From the NCBI GenBank assembly GCA_049517415.1, contig JBEKSC010000005.1, forward strand, positions 33,746 through 97,745: DNA of 64,000 nucleotides, in the 5' to 3' direction. The stretch's first letter is position 1. Each line of letters begins with the position of its first letter. A program made the position numbers and the translations under genes. The DNA comes from Candidatus Bathyarchaeia archaeon. GTDB lineage: Archaea; Thermoproteota; Bathyarchaeia; 40CM-2-53-6. This document shows, in pieces, positions 1-10,701 of the stretch. The notes beneath the pieces were generated by a model. The model was not told the origin of the DNA and did no database searches. It worked only from the letters and a program-made list of their open reading frames with translations.

Positions 1-106
1 ACCAGCCCTCACGTAGTTGCCTATTTTATAGAATCTGAAACAAAAAAACATTGAAGGGAATCAGTAGGATTGGGGCGTCTCGGTCACAGAACTGTGTCCT
101 TTTATA

Positions 107-796
107 ATGAAAGGAATGCCTACTATCTTGGCGGTCTCAGAGATGTACGAGTACCAAAATGTCAAACTGACCTGGTTAGGACACGACGGCTTCAGAATTC
201 AGGACGGGCAAGTCCTATACATTGACCCGTATCAAATCGAAGGCGGGCCCAAAGCAGATCTTATTCTCGTCAGCCACGAGCATGATGACCATTGCAGCGT
301 CGATGACTTGAAGAAGATCATCACTCCCAACACAACGATCGTCGCGCACGCCCAATCCAAGAACGAATTATCTAAGCTGAAAGTGAAAGAGATCAAGATC
401 ATAAAACCGGGCGACAAGGTCAAGTTCGGTGATATTGAGGTTGAAGCCGTCCCGGCTTATAATCTGAACAAGTTCCGTGAACCAGGAAGAGTCTTCCACC
501 CGAAAGAGGATGGGAAATTAGGGTTCATCGTAACCGTGAAGGGAGTTCGCATTTACCACGCGGGTGACGCGGATCATATTCCTGAAATGAAGAACATACG
601 GGCTGACGTCGCTCTCATCCCGGTGTCAGGCACTTATGTAATGACTGCGCAAGAAGCGGCTGAAGCGGTAGGGTCAATTAATCCAAAAGTCGCCATTCCC
701 ATGCATTACGGCGCAATAGTAGGCAGCAGAAAGGACGCTGAAACCTTTCAAACGCTCGTTAAGTGTGACGTCAAGATCCTGGAAAAAGAACGCTAA
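107..796 (+). CDS. MBL-fold metal-dependent hydrolase (UPF0173-like); true start possibly ATG 143
   Basis: WLGHDGF, IDPY, SHEHDDHC, YHAGD and IPMHYG motifs. Confidence 0.9.
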   Translation: MKGMPTILAVSEMYEYQNVKLTWLGHDGFRIQDGQVLYIDPYQIEGGPKADLILVSHEHDDHCSVDDLKKIITPNTTIVAHAQSKNELSKLKVKEIKIIKPGDKVKFGDIEVEAVPAYNLNKFREPGRVFHPKEDGKLGFIVTVKGVRIYHAGDADHIPEMKNIRADVALIPVSGTYVMTAQEAAEAVGSINPKVAIPMHYGAIVGSRKDAETFQTLVKCDVKILEKER

Positions 797-824
797 CCTA
801 TCCGCGTCGGAAGTCATTCCATAA

Positions 825-1607
825 TTATTTTGGCAGTTGCCGCTCAGGTGGCCCTGTGTATACGATCTCATTCCATCGGGCAGACTTGTACGGTTTCTCA
901 CTATACATCTGCTCATAGGCGTGTGCAATCAGGCCTGGTGTTCGACTTACAATGAAGAAAGCCTTTCCCAACCTCCAATCAAATCTCATATCTGATATTA
1001 TGGCAGCGATGCAACCATCTACATTCAATATGAGGTGTTTACCGAAGAACTTCTCAGTCAACGACTCGATGGCCTGAGCAAGTTCAACGTGTCGCCCAAG
1101 GAGCTGAGTCTCTTTCGCAATCTCCAGAAGCCTCATGGTTCTGGGGTCTTTAGTGTGGGTCGGATGCCCAAACCCAGGAATTCGCTCCTTGCGGCTTGTA
1201 ACTTTCCGTAGAATTTTCTCAGCGCATTCTTTCGGTGAGAGCTTTGTGTCCTTCATGTCGGCGATCCCTTCCTGGAGTATTTTCGCCGCCTGCTCTATAG
1301 CGCCGCCGTGCCAATCTCCAATCGCGGTGACCCCGGCAGATACGGCAGATTGCAACGGGACGCCGCATGATGCCACGAAACGTGTCGCGTCGACTGAAGG
1401 CGAGTTCAGGCTATGTTCGAGGCAGACTGTGAGCAAAGCGTCCATCATGCGGGAGTGGTTAGATGATGGAAGTTCCCCTTGCCAGAGAAGATATGTCAAG
1501 TCAGAGTAGCTGTATCTTCCAACAAGATCCGTGAGGTTGTAGCCGCGGACCACGATCTTGTTTGGTTCCACTTTTGAGATTGAGGTTTTCCAAAAGGGTT
1601 CAGGCAT
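825..1607 (-). CDS. Citryl-CoA lyase / citrate synthase-family protein
   Basis: WKTSIS..IVVRGY, HGGA, IPGFGH, LNVDG motifs; short 260-aa CCL-like length. Confidence 0.85.
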   Translation of the reverse strand: MPEPFWKTSISKVEPNKIVVRGYNLTDLVGRYSYSDLTYLLWQGELPSSNHSRMMDALLTVCLEHSLNSPSVDATRFVASCGVPLQSAVSAGVTAIGDWHGGAIEQAAKILQEGIADMKDTKLSPKECAEKILRKVTSRKERIPGFGHPTHTKDPRTMRLLEIAKETQLLGRHVELAQAIESLTEKFFGKHLILNVDGCIAAIISDMRFDWRLGKAFFIVSRTPGLIAHAYEQMYSEKPYKSARWNEIVYTGPPERQLPK

Positions 1608-1637
1608 GTCTTTTGACCTGATTGGTGGTGTAGATTT

Positions 1638-2423
1638 CTACACTTTTGAAAACTTCGGCAGATACTGGAAGGTGTTGTCAGGAAGTTTCGTCTTTGAAAA
1701 GTCCGAGTATAGGAGCGGGTAATCCCGGATGCAAATTTCTGCTACCTGACCGAAAACCTTACGGATTTCCACCTCTGCGCTAGGGTCTGTTCGCATTTCT
1801 ATTATCCACCTCAAGGTTCTATGGTTCGCAGTCCAAATAATGTTGGTCGCAATGCCGTCTGGCAGGATACGGCGCAGGGCCGACGTTACTCGCTTCTTCT
1901 GTTCGAAGCTCATCTTGTCCCAGTCAAACCCCGATTCCAACTCACGATAATGCTTCTCAATATCCTCAACCGTTTCGACAAACCTCTTAGCGACCGGTTC
2001 GATATCAGGCGGAACCCAGACATTGACTTCTTTGGGGCGCACGTAGCGCAAGCTCTCCTGACTCATTGCTGTCCCGGCGCGATGCCTAACCAACTCATGG
2101 GTGAAAATCCTACTCACATTAAGAAAGGCAAAGGTTACTGTCGCGTGTTCGAGGATGCTTCCATCCCCCTTTTCCAAAACGTTTGCGATGTAATCCTCGG
2201 GATTATCGCGAATCTTAGTCACATTAGGGTTGAGACCAACACCGAAACTCTTGTAGCAAGCACGGCCCGAGAGTTCAATGAGAAACTCGGATTCGTTTGG
2301 TTGAAGTTTCTTTGCTTTTTCCAACCACTCCGTTGCGCCGTAGTGCTTCGCTAATCGTTCGACACCCTTTGGGTCGAGCCGCGTTTCAGCGAGTTTAATG
2401 ACCGTAGGCTCAATACGAGTCAA
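1638..2423 (-). CDS. thyX: FAD-dependent thymidylate synthase
   Basis: SILEH, SRIFTHELVRHR..SQESLRY ThyX signature. Confidence 0.95.
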   Translation of the reverse strand: MTRIEPTVIKLAETRLDPKGVERLAKHYGATEWLEKAKKLQPNESEFLIELSGRACYKSFGVGLNPNVTKIRDNPEDYIANVLEKGDGSILEHATVTFAFLNVSRIFTHELVRHRAGTAMSQESLRYVRPKEVNVWVPPDIEPVAKRFVETVEDIEKHYRELESGFDWDKMSFEQKKRVTSALRRILPDGIATNIIWTANHRTLRWIIEMRTDPSAEVEIRKVFGQVAEICIRDYPLLYSDFSKTKLPDNTFQYLPKFSKV

Positions 2424-2646
2424 ACGAAGGTCACCATGTCGAGCCCCTTTCTAGGGGGGATGAAGGGCTTCGCTCTTGAATTAGGTTTCGCAAGAACATG
2501 GGTCGTTCGAGCGGTGAGGACTACGGGAGATGCAAACATTAGTCATGTATGGGAGCGACGAATCATGCTGAGCCCATTTCATATCGGGAATAAGGCTAAA
2601 TTACGGCTAGGCGAGTGGAAGTGAATTAGAAGGTGCCTCGAAGAGT

Positions 2647-2976
2647 TTGTCATGGAGTGAAGAACGAACAAAGGCTCTCGACGACATTAAGAAGCTTGAG
2701 CCTGCCGACCGCTTGGGACTCTACGCTTGTCTAATTCGGATGAATTCAGCGCTTTTTGAGAGCGTTCGCGGCTGGGACAGCTGGCTGAGAAACCCATCTT
2801 TCATTGACACGTTCACCGAGGAGGAATTGAAAGACATTTTCAAACAATTCAAGGACGTTTGCCTTCGCTTCTTGGAAGAAGATGTAAAGTGGACTGGAAA
2901 GAAAGAGAAGAGCATACCAATGGCCTCCAAAACACCTAAGGTTGAACGTTCTGAAAGCGAGAGACGATACGCATAA
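2647..2976 (+). CDS. DUF2153-family archaeal protein
   Basis: DRL...S.rGW.sWL.NP....F..EEL pattern recognised by eye. Confidence 0.75.
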   Translation: MSWSEERTKALDDIKKLEPADRLGLYACLIRMNSALFESVRGWDSWLRNPSFIDTFTEEELKDIFKQFKDVCLRFLEEDVKWTGKKEKSIPMASKTPKVERSESERRYA

Positions 2977-3014
2977 ATCACCCAGTCAAGGCGAGGTTCG
3001 GGAAGGTTGAATTC

Positions 3015-3479
3015 ATGAGCATCGCACCTTTTGTTCAAACTCCCCTCGAAGTTGCGAAGAAAATGTTGGACCTATCGCAAATCAAACAGGGAGAAGTTCT
3101 TTACGACCTTGGTTGTGGTGACGGTCGACTGATCATCCTAGCTGCGAAAGATGTTGGGGCGAAATCCACTGGCATTGAGTTGAGGGAAGATCTTGTCGAA
3201 CGAGCCAGAACGGAGATCAAAAGATTGAACTTGGAAGACAAAGTGAAAGTGATTCAGGGAAACTTTTTCGACGTGAACATTTCGGATGCGAATGTGATCA
3301 CGCTGTACCTTACTTCAAGTGCGAACGAGCGTCTTCGGCCAAAGTTAGAGGCAGAATTGAAGCCTGGCGCGCGCGTAGTGTCCCATGACTTCAAAGTCCC
3401 CGGTTGGAAACCTGTCGGGGTTTATGATGAATTGCTCGGGCACACGATATACACATACAAAATCGGCGAGCAGCTCTAA
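3015..3479 (+). CDS. Class I SAM-dependent methyltransferase
   Basis: APFVQTP, YDLGCGDGR, LKPGARVVSHDF. Confidence 0.9.
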   Translation: MSIAPFVQTPLEVAKKMLDLSQIKQGEVLYDLGCGDGRLIILAAKDVGAKSTGIELREDLVERARTEIKRLNLEDKVKVIQGNFFDVNISDANVITLYLTSSANERLRPKLEAELKPGARVVSHDFKVPGWKPVGVYDELLGHTIYTYKIGEQL

Positions 3480-3512
3480 GAGACTCCCGCGCTAATTTCA
3501 TTGATGCCTTAA

Positions 3513-4259
3513 GTGTTTTATAGGAATGCGAAGGACTACGCAAACCCGCCGGTGTTAGAAATGAAGATGGGAAGGCAAGCGTACATAGCTGAATTCATCG
3601 GAACATTCGTGCTAGTATTTTTCGGCTCCGTTTCAGTAACCATCTTCTTTCCAATTACGGGGCTGGCATCGCCTGCTGCCACGTTCATAGGAATTGCCCT
3701 GGCCACCGGTCTAATACTAATGGTGATGGTCTACGCGATCGGCTCCATCTCAGGTTGCCACATTAACCCAGCCGTCACGATTACAGCTGTTGCGCTTGGA
3801 AAATTGGAACTTGACGACGGCATCGCATATGTTATTGCGCAAGTTCTAGGCGCAACTTTCGCTGGCTTAACTCATAAGCTAATTTTGCCCGGTAATGGGG
3901 CCTTAACGGGTTTTGGTTCACCATACCCCTCAGCCTACATAGGACAAAGCGATGCTGTGGCGGTGGTCGTGGAGTTGATTATCACTTTCTTCCTAATGTT
4001 CTCCATGTACGCAGTGTTGTATACGAATAATGTCCCTGTTGGTGCGTCAGGGCTGTTAATCGGCATGACTTTGACTGCAGACATTCTGATTGCGGGACCT
4101 TTGACGGGTGGCGCAGCGAACCCTGCCCGAGCACTCGGGCCCGCAATAGCATCTGGCTCATTCGGGAGTTTGTGGGTGTATTGGGTTGGGCCCATTGTCG
4201 GAGCCCTACTCGCGGGCTTCGTCTACCAATCCCTACTGACCCCGAAAAAGCGAAGATAG
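3513..4259 (+). CDS. MIP/aquaporin family channel
   Basis: Two NPA motifs (HINPAVT, ANPARA), AEFIGT, hydrophobic helices. Confidence 0.95.
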   Translation: MFYRNAKDYANPPVLEMKMGRQAYIAEFIGTFVLVFFGSVSVTIFFPITGLASPAATFIGIALATGLILMVMVYAIGSISGCHINPAVTITAVALGKLELDDGIAYVIAQVLGATFAGLTHKLILPGNGALTGFGSPYPSAYIGQSDAVAVVVELIITFFLMFSMYAVLYTNNVPVGASGLLIGMTLTADILIAGPLTGGAANPARALGPAIASGSFGSLWVYWVGPIVGALLAGFVYQSLLTPKKRR

Positions 4260-4283
4260 AGCGACAACTTGTGGCTGTCGTGG

Positions 4284-5063
4284 CTACTTTCCATAGGCCT
4301 CATTGACATCTAGGTTCCGGTAGACGATATTGACGGTTATCCCTTCTCGTTCGAGGAGTGCCGGTAATCGTCCAGTGGCTGGCCGTCGAATTTCGGTAAG
4401 CATTTTCATTATTGCAGATTTCGGCGGAATTACGTGCTCGGCGCCTGCGCGAATTAGGGCGGTCTCGTAATCGTTCAACGTGGCCTTGATGCTCTTAGCC
4501 CAGTGCTCTTCCCTACCTTTCTGGGCTTTTTCACGCGGGATTTTTCCTTCCAATAGCAGCTTGTAGGGTTCGAAGCCTTCATCCAAAAAGACCGTGCGCT
4601 TGACGCTGGGTGGGTTTATGTCAGGGGGGCGAACGCCAACGAACCTGAAGGATTGTTGAAGTTCGTTCGTTTCGAATGGCACGCCTTCTAGGAAGAGTAT
4701 CTCAGGAGCGAGTGATTCTGCGTGGCGTTGGCCGTTATATGCATTGTACACTGCGTTCGCAATCACGCGGAAGCTATCACTCATTGTGCGCACCATCTCC
4801 TCATCCCCTTCTGAGTAGACTTGAATTGTCCGCATTGCTTCGCGGTAGTTTTTCTCGGAAGGTGAAAATTCGAACATGAGCTCCAATGCTTGCTTGATGA
4901 CATCCAAAGCCGAGTACTTAGCAAGGGACTTCTGGGGGACCCTGAACCTTTTCAGGTTGAGTTGCATCAGGGAGTTTACGGCTCTTCTCATATCTCTGAC
5001 GAGTAATGCGTCGAAAGGGCAACTCTCAGCTATCGCGTAGATCACCTTTGGCTGATTCGCCAA
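4284..5063 (-). CDS. Hypothetical protein
   Basis: 259-aa ORF filling the gap between genes; no family recognised. Confidence 0.6.
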   Translation of the reverse strand: MANQPKVIYAIAESCPFDALLVRDMRRAVNSLMQLNLKRFRVPQKSLAKYSALDVIKQALELMFEFSPSEKNYREAMRTIQVYSEGDEEMVRTMSDSFRVIANAVYNAYNGQRHAESLAPEILFLEGVPFETNELQQSFRFVGVRPPDINPPSVKRTVFLDEGFEPYKLLLEGKIPREKAQKGREEHWAKSIKATLNDYETALIRAGAEHVIPPKSAIMKMLTEIRRPATGRLPALLEREGITVNIVYRNLDVNEAYGK

Positions 5064-5223
5064 TCACGTATCCCCCCTCCCATACCGTTGTCCAAAATCT
5101 GAATTCGGGTGGCAATTTAAGTAGCCGGATTTTCCGAAGATGCAAGATCAGATGTTTCGAGACTCGCAAAGGTCCCGTTCTCTTGCGATTGGCGGAGTTA
5201 CGCAGAAGGCATAAAGAACTGGC

Positions 5224-6276
5224 TTGCGAATAGCAAGCGCAGTTGAGTGCAGCTTGGCGACAATAACTCAGGTGAACGAAATATCGGAGAATGACTATTC
5301 GAAGCATGGCTTGACGAAGGAAATGCTTCACGAAATGCTCCGCAAGATGCTTCTACTGAGGAAGTTCGAGGAGAAAGTTGAGGAACTCTTCATGGTAAAA
5401 GGCCTCTTAATCGGCCCATCACACCTCTATCTTGGCCAAGAAGCAATCGCGGTAGGCGCTATGTCAGCTCTAAGGCCAGACGACTTGACGATAACAACGT
5501 ACCGTGGGCATGGACACGCCCTCGCGAAGGATGTTCCTGCAAAGCTCTGTATGGCCGAGTTGTTCGGAAAATCTACAGGCAACTGCAAAGGCCTAGGGGG
5601 CTCAATGCATGTAGCAATCTACCCCAAGACCGGTTCTTTGTATGCCACGGCGATTGTCGGGAGCGGAATACCCATAGCCGCCGGCGTCGGTCTCGGCCTA
5701 AAGCAACAGAAGAGCGGGAAAATAGCAGCCACGTTCTTCGGGGATGGCGCCTGTAACACAGGCTCGTTTCATGAAGGCGTAAACCTAATCGCGCTTTGGC
5801 ATTTACCCGTCCTCCTCTTCTGTGAGAACAACAAGTACGCTATGTCAACCCCGGTGGAGAAGGCGGTTTCCAGCCCAAGCATAGCCGAGAGAGCCCATGC
5901 TTATGGAATGGAGACCACGGTCGTAAATGGAAACGATGTAGTCTCAGTTTATGTAGCCGCAAAGAACGCTGCTGAAAGGGCGAGGAAACTTTCTGATCCC
6001 ACTTTCATCGAGTGTGTCACCTACAAAATGAAGGGCCACGGCGTATACGACAAAGGCGACTACCGCCCGAAGGAAGAAGTAGCCAAATGGTTAGACCGAG
6101 ACCCAATTCTCACATTCAAGAGTCGAATGCTCCAACTGGGCCTGTTAACGGATAATGAAGTTGTGAAAATGGAGACGGCGGTGAAGCAGGAAATTGAGGA
6201 AGCCGTAGTCTTTGCAATGCAGAGTCCCGTTCTGCCGTTCGAGGAAATCAACCAGTACGTATACGCGGAGAAGTGA
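5224..6276 (+). CDS. Pyruvate/acetoin dehydrogenase E1 alpha subunit (TPP)
   Basis: HLYLGQEA, YRGHGH, GGSMH, GDGA..NN TPP-binding motif. Confidence 0.92.
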   Translation: MRIASAVECSLATITQVNEISENDYSKHGLTKEMLHEMLRKMLLLRKFEEKVEELFMVKGLLIGPSHLYLGQEAIAVGAMSALRPDDLTITTYRGHGHALAKDVPAKLCMAELFGKSTGNCKGLGGSMHVAIYPKTGSLYATAIVGSGIPIAAGVGLGLKQQKSGKIAATFFGDGACNTGSFHEGVNLIALWHLPVLLFCENNKYAMSTPVEKAVSSPSIAERAHAYGMETTVVNGNDVVSVYVAAKNAAERARKLSDPTFIECVTYKMKGHGVYDKGDYRPKEEVAKWLDRDPILTFKSRMLQLGLLTDNEVVKMETAVKQEIEEAVVFAMQSPVLPFEEINQYVYAEK

Positions 6277-6282
6277 TTTGAG

Positions 6283-7260
6283 TTGCGAGAGCTAAGCTAC
6301 GCCGACGCTCTTCGAGAAGCATTGCGCGAAGAAATGATACGTGATCCGAACGTAATATTGTTGGGAGAGGAGATTGGCGTTTTTAACGGCGTCTATAAAG
6401 TCACGCGCGGTTTGCTTGACGAATTTGGCCCTGAACGTGTAAGAGACACCCCGATCTCTGAAGCAGCCATCGCCGGTGCAGCGGTCGGACTTGCACTGGC
6501 CGGCCTTAAGCCGGTCGCCGAAATCATGTATATGGATTTTCTTCCAATCTGCATGGATCAATTATCCACGCAAGCAGCCAAAATGCGGTTCATGAGTGGA
6601 GGACAACTCAACGTTCCAATGGTCCTGAGAACGCAGTACAGCCTGGGGCGACAACATGGCTCGCAGCACTCCCAATTTACACCTGCATGGTTCTTGCAGG
6701 TCCCAGGGTTGAAAGTAGTTCTTCCTTCAGACCCGAACGATGCCAAAGGCCTTCTGAAGTCGGCAATCCGTGATCCCAACCCAGTCCTGTTCGTGGAGGG
6801 CGGGCTACTCTACCGAACGAAAGGCCCAGTTCCCGAAGAGGAGTACACCACCCCACTCGGAAAAGCAGCCGTGAAGAAGAAGGGCGATGACATAACGATT
6901 GTTGCTGTCTCAAGAATGGTTGGTGAATCTCTGAGCGCAGCTAGGAAACTTGAAGACAGGAATGTCTCAGCTGAAGTCATAGACGTGAGAACCCTTCAAC
7001 CCCTCGACCTCGATGCAATCGTCGAGTCGGTAAAGCGAACTTCTAGGCTTGTTATCGCATCCGACGATGTCAAGAGGGGCGGCGTGGGCGCTGAAATCTC
7101 CGCCTCCGTCACCGAGACCGTCTTCGACTATCTAGATGCCCCAATAATGCGAGTCGCTTGCCCAGATACACCCATACCCTTCTCACCTCAACTTGAACAA
7201 CTGTATATGCCGAGCGCCGAAAGCGTGGTTAAAGCGGTTGATACGGTGCTTGGTCGGTGA
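6283..7260 (+). CDS. Pyruvate/acetoin dehydrogenase E1 beta subunit
   Basis: FGPERVRDTPISE, QHSQ, DAKGLL. Confidence 0.92.
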   Translation: MRELSYADALREALREEMIRDPNVILLGEEIGVFNGVYKVTRGLLDEFGPERVRDTPISEAAIAGAAVGLALAGLKPVAEIMYMDFLPICMDQLSTQAAKMRFMSGGQLNVPMVLRTQYSLGRQHGSQHSQFTPAWFLQVPGLKVVLPSDPNDAKGLLKSAIRDPNPVLFVEGGLLYRTKGPVPEEEYTTPLGKAAVKKKGDDITIVAVSRMVGESLSAARKLEDRNVSAEVIDVRTLQPLDLDAIVESVKRTSRLVIASDDVKRGGVGAEISASVTETVFDYLDAPIMRVACPDTPIPFSPQLEQLYMPSAESVVKAVDTVLGR

Positions 7261-7266
7261 TCTGCC

Positions 7267-8463
7267 ATGACTGATGTTGTGATGCCCCGTCTCGATCCTG
7301 GGATGCAGAGCGGAAAAATCGTTGAATGGCTCAAGAAGGAGGGTGATCAGGTGCGCAAAGGCGAGGCGATACTAGTTGTCGAAGGGGAGAAGACAACCTT
7401 CGAGATAGAAGCACCCGATAGCGGCGTGTTAAGCAAGATTCTTGCACAGGTCGGAAACGATGTACAGGTTGCAGAACCTGTTGCGGTTATCGGCGAATTC
7501 GGCAGAACATCGCAGTCAGAAGGGTCATCAAAAATGATTCGACAGGAAGGCGCCAATCAAGGTAGCATGGCTTCCACACAGAGCTACGTTCCCCCAGTAT
7601 CTTCCTCTGCAAAGGCTCCCACTACTGCTGACCGAATAGTAGCGTCCCCAGCAGCCCGGAGACTAGCACAGGAGCATCATGTTGAACTCGCAACTCTTAG
7701 CGGCACGGGGCCCGGCGGCCGCATATCACGAGAAGACGTTATCGCCGCAATCGAGCAGGCTCCAAAGGCTGCGGCCGTAGCCTCCAAGATGGTTCAGCCG
7801 TCGGTTCTAAGACGGGTGAAACTTGAGGGAATCAGAAAAGCAGTTGCTGAAAGGTTGTCTTTCAGCGCGAGAACGTGTGTTCCCGTTACTATTACGATGG
7901 AGGCTGACGCAACGAAACTTGTCGCCATGAAGGAGAAAGAAAGCCATGTCTCCTTCACAGCTTTCGCGGTGAAAGCAGCCGCAAAAGCACTCGAGAAACA
8001 CGCCGCGATTAACTCAACGATAGAGGGAGATGAGATCACAACTTACGCTCAAGTGAACGTCGCTGTCGCAATCCACACTGAAGAAGGGCTCGTTGCGCCT
8101 GTCGTTTCGAAAGCGAACGAGAAACCCCTTAAAGAAATCAACTTAGTGATTGATGAGCTATCGCGCAAGGCTAAGGAAAAAAGGTTGTCAATAGAAGAGT
8201 TGACTGGAGGAACTTTCACAATAACAAACCTCGGCGCCTACGACATTGAATCCTTCGCACCCGTCATCAACCCGCCCCAATGTGCGATTCTCGGGCTAGG
8301 GCGAATTGTTTACAAACCATTTGCGCTGGGCGGCCGAGTGTCAGCAAGGCCTTCCACCATGTTGACCTTGGTCTTCGACCACCGCATCGTGGATGGCGTG
8401 CCAGCAGCGAGATTCCTGCAGGATTTGAAACGCAACCTAGAAGACCCCGAGTCTCTGCTCTAA
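7267..8463 (+). CDS. Dihydrolipoamide acyltransferase E2
   Basis: Lipoyl domain (EGEK), E3-binding ASPAARRLA..GTGPGGRI, catalytic DHRIVDG. Confidence 0.92.
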   Translation: MTDVVMPRLDPGMQSGKIVEWLKKEGDQVRKGEAILVVEGEKTTFEIEAPDSGVLSKILAQVGNDVQVAEPVAVIGEFGRTSQSEGSSKMIRQEGANQGSMASTQSYVPPVSSSAKAPTTADRIVASPAARRLAQEHHVELATLSGTGPGGRISREDVIAAIEQAPKAAAVASKMVQPSVLRRVKLEGIRKAVAERLSFSARTCVPVTITMEADATKLVAMKEKESHVSFTAFAVKAAAKALEKHAAINSTIEGDEITTYAQVNVAVAIHTEEGLVAPVVSKANEKPLKEINLVIDELSRKAKEKRLSIEELTGGTFTITNLGAYDIESFAPVINPPQCAILGLGRIVYKPFALGGRVSARPSTMLTLVFDHRIVDGVPAARFLQDLKRNLEDPESLL

Positions 8464-9530
8464 GAAACGCTCTTCCAACCAGGTGGGCGAAGCGCAATCT
8501 TCAACGCTTTCCCCTCCCCCATCAAACGCAAAGCCTCCTCCGCCTTCTCCAGAGGCATTTCATGGGAAATTAACGGTTCAATCGAAACCTGCCCAGAGAC
8601 TATAAGGCGAAAGCCGCGTTCGACGGCAGCTGGCGTATGGTGGAATGCTCCCTGAATATGCATCTCACCATAGTGGATTTTCTCAGCGTTGAAGGATACC
8701 ATTGTTCCCGAAGCGCAACCGCCAAAGAGAAGAATCTTCCCGCCTTTCCTGACTAAGCCGATAGTTGACTCCCAAGTTTCACGGCGCCCAACAGCCTCAA
8801 CCACAATATCAGCGCCTCTGCCATCCGTGAGCCTCAACACCCGCTCGACTAGGTTCTCGTTTGCAGAATTAATCGCCGCGTCGACCCCGATTTTCTCAGC
8901 TTCCCGTAGCCTTTCCGGAATCACATCGCACATTGCTACCTGCTTCGCACCATTAAGACGTGCGAGTTGCGCGTGAAGTAACCCAATGGGTCCACCGCCA
9001 ATGATGACCGCCGTACCGCCCGGGACTTGGCCAACCAAATCCCAACCATGAACGACGCACGCCAGCGGCTCCAGGCTTGCGGCACTTTCCAACCGCACAC
9101 CGTCAGGCACTTGGAAAGCGTTCTGCCGCACGATTCTTTCGGGAATCCTAACGTATTCTGCATATGAGCCTGGCCAAGTGAAGCCTACAATGCTCTCATC
9201 CAAATGCTCACAGAGGTTCGGTTGATGCATTAAGCAGTAGAAACATTTGTTGCAGGGCGCAGAATTAGCCGCAACAACCCTCATGCCCACCTTAAAATTC
9301 CCAACGCTTGATCCAACCTCCGATATGATCCCCGCAAATTCATGCCCCATGATTTGAGGTGGCTTGGCCAACGGGTGGCCGCGTTTGAACATCTTCACGT
9401 CCGTTCCACATGTCAAGGCAACGTGGCTCTTGACAATCAGTTCCCCCGGGCCAGCTTTTGGGATGGGAACTTGCTCTGCTTTCAATTCCCCGGGTTTGTA
9501 AAAGCGCACTGCGAGCATTGAGTTTGGCAT
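8460..9530 (-). CDS. Zn-dependent alcohol/polyol dehydrogenase (MDR)
   Basis: CGTD, GHEFAG, CxxCxxC..C structural Zn site, GGGPIG. Confidence 0.9.
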   Translation of the reverse strand: MPNSMLAVRFYKPGELKAEQVPIPKAGPGELIVKSHVALTCGTDVKMFKRGHPLAKPPQIMGHEFAGIISEVGSSVGNFKVGMRVVAANSAPCNKCFYCLMHQPNLCEHLDESIVGFTWPGSYAEYVRIPERIVRQNAFQVPDGVRLESAASLEPLACVVHGWDLVGQVPGGTAVIIGGGPIGLLHAQLARLNGAKQVAMCDVIPERLREAEKIGVDAAINSANENLVERVLRLTDGRGADIVVEAVGRRETWESTIGLVRKGGKILLFGGCASGTMVSFNAEKIHYGEMHIQGAFHHTPAAVERGFRLIVSGQVSIEPLISHEMPLEKAEEALRLMGEGKALKIALRPPGWKSVS

Positions 9531-9589
9531 GAGGAATCAGAGCTTACGTAAGGCTATTAAATTGACTTCTGTGACGGCCCGTCACATGC

Positions 9590-10627
9590 TTACTTGTTCT
9601 CAATAACAACCTTGACAACGTTCACGCCTTTCTGAGCTAGGCTGAAAGCCTCTAATGCTTTCGCTAGTGGCAACCGATGCGTGATAAGTTTCGACGGATC
9701 GACCCGCTTTTTCTCGATCAAGTCAATCGCCATTTTCATTTCGGTTTCGGAGGTTGAGTAACTTGATTCGACCTTTATTTCATGTAGAAATAGGCGACTG
9801 ATGTCAATGGAAAGTTGTGCACCTTTTGCTGGGGCTCCAAATAAAACAACTTTTCCGCCTTTGCGAATGGAGCTGAAAGCTTGTTCCGTAGCCCTCAAGC
9901 TCCCAGTTGCAACGATGGCGTAGTCGACACCAAGACTTTGAGTCATCGAAGAAACTGTCTTTGGAACATCGTCAGTTGTGGGATTGAGTGTTCTGTCCGC
10001 CCCAAGCCTAGCCGCAAGCTCTCTGCGGTTCTCAAGGATATCGATTGCGATAATCGGGGCAGCCCCATACAATTTTGTTAACTGCAAATGCATTAGGCCG
10101 ACGGGGCCGACACCGAATATAGCTACGCTGTTTCCGGCTTTGACTCCCGTCTTGCTTAGCGCCCTGATGCAGCAAGCGGTTGGTTCCACTTGCGAACCCT
10201 CTTCGTAGGTCATCGATTCGGGCAGTCGGTATACCGTACCCCCTGCGACTAGTGTTGAGGGTACTCGAAAATAATCTGCGAAACCGCACGGGTCGAGGTT
10301 ACTCTTAGGGTAAGCCTCGCAGAGTGTCTCGAGCCCATTCTTACAGTAGAAACAACTTCTACACGACACGTGATGATGAACTAATACTCTGTCTCCTTTC
10401 TTGATTTCCTGCACCTGTTCCCCTGTTTGTTCAACCTCTCCAGCTACCTCATGTCCCAGGATAGGGGGTGTAATGTTTTCACCATGAATTTTCTCCAGGT
10501 CTGTTCCACATACGCCACAGGCTCGCATGCGAACGAGAACTTCGCCAGGGCCAATGTTGGGTGTGGGTAATTCTTTGAGTTCGACGATTCCCCTGCCAGA
10601 AATTACAACTGCCTTCATCCCACACAT
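9590..10627 (-). CDS. Zn-dependent alcohol/polyol dehydrogenase (MDR)
   Basis: GVCGTD, GHEVAG, CRSCFYC..C, GVGPVG. Confidence 0.9.
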   Translation of the reverse strand: MCGMKAVVISGRGIVELKELPTPNIGPGEVLVRMRACGVCGTDLEKIHGENITPPILGHEVAGEVEQTGEQVQEIKKGDRVLVHHHVSCRSCFYCKNGLETLCEAYPKSNLDPCGFADYFRVPSTLVAGGTVYRLPESMTYEEGSQVEPTACCIRALSKTGVKAGNSVAIFGVGPVGLMHLQLTKLYGAAPIIAIDILENRRELAARLGADRTLNPTTDDVPKTVSSMTQSLGVDYAIVATGSLRATEQAFSSIRKGGKVVLFGAPAKGAQLSIDISRLFLHEIKVESSYSTSETEMKMAIDLIEKKRVDPSKLITHRLPLAKALEAFSLAQKGVNVVKVVIENK

Positions 10628-10701
10628 CCCTGTTTATTCAAAAACCTATAGCCCTGTCTTATCAACTAACGCCATCCGTTCAAAAGGAAGCTGCCTAGTC
10701 G

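Noticed and set aside
825..1607. Reverse TCA cycle via citryl-CoA lyase plus SucCD-like synthetase
   Set aside because: Genes are unlinked, sucCD look ordinary, and CCL-like proteins are widespread; insufficient evidence
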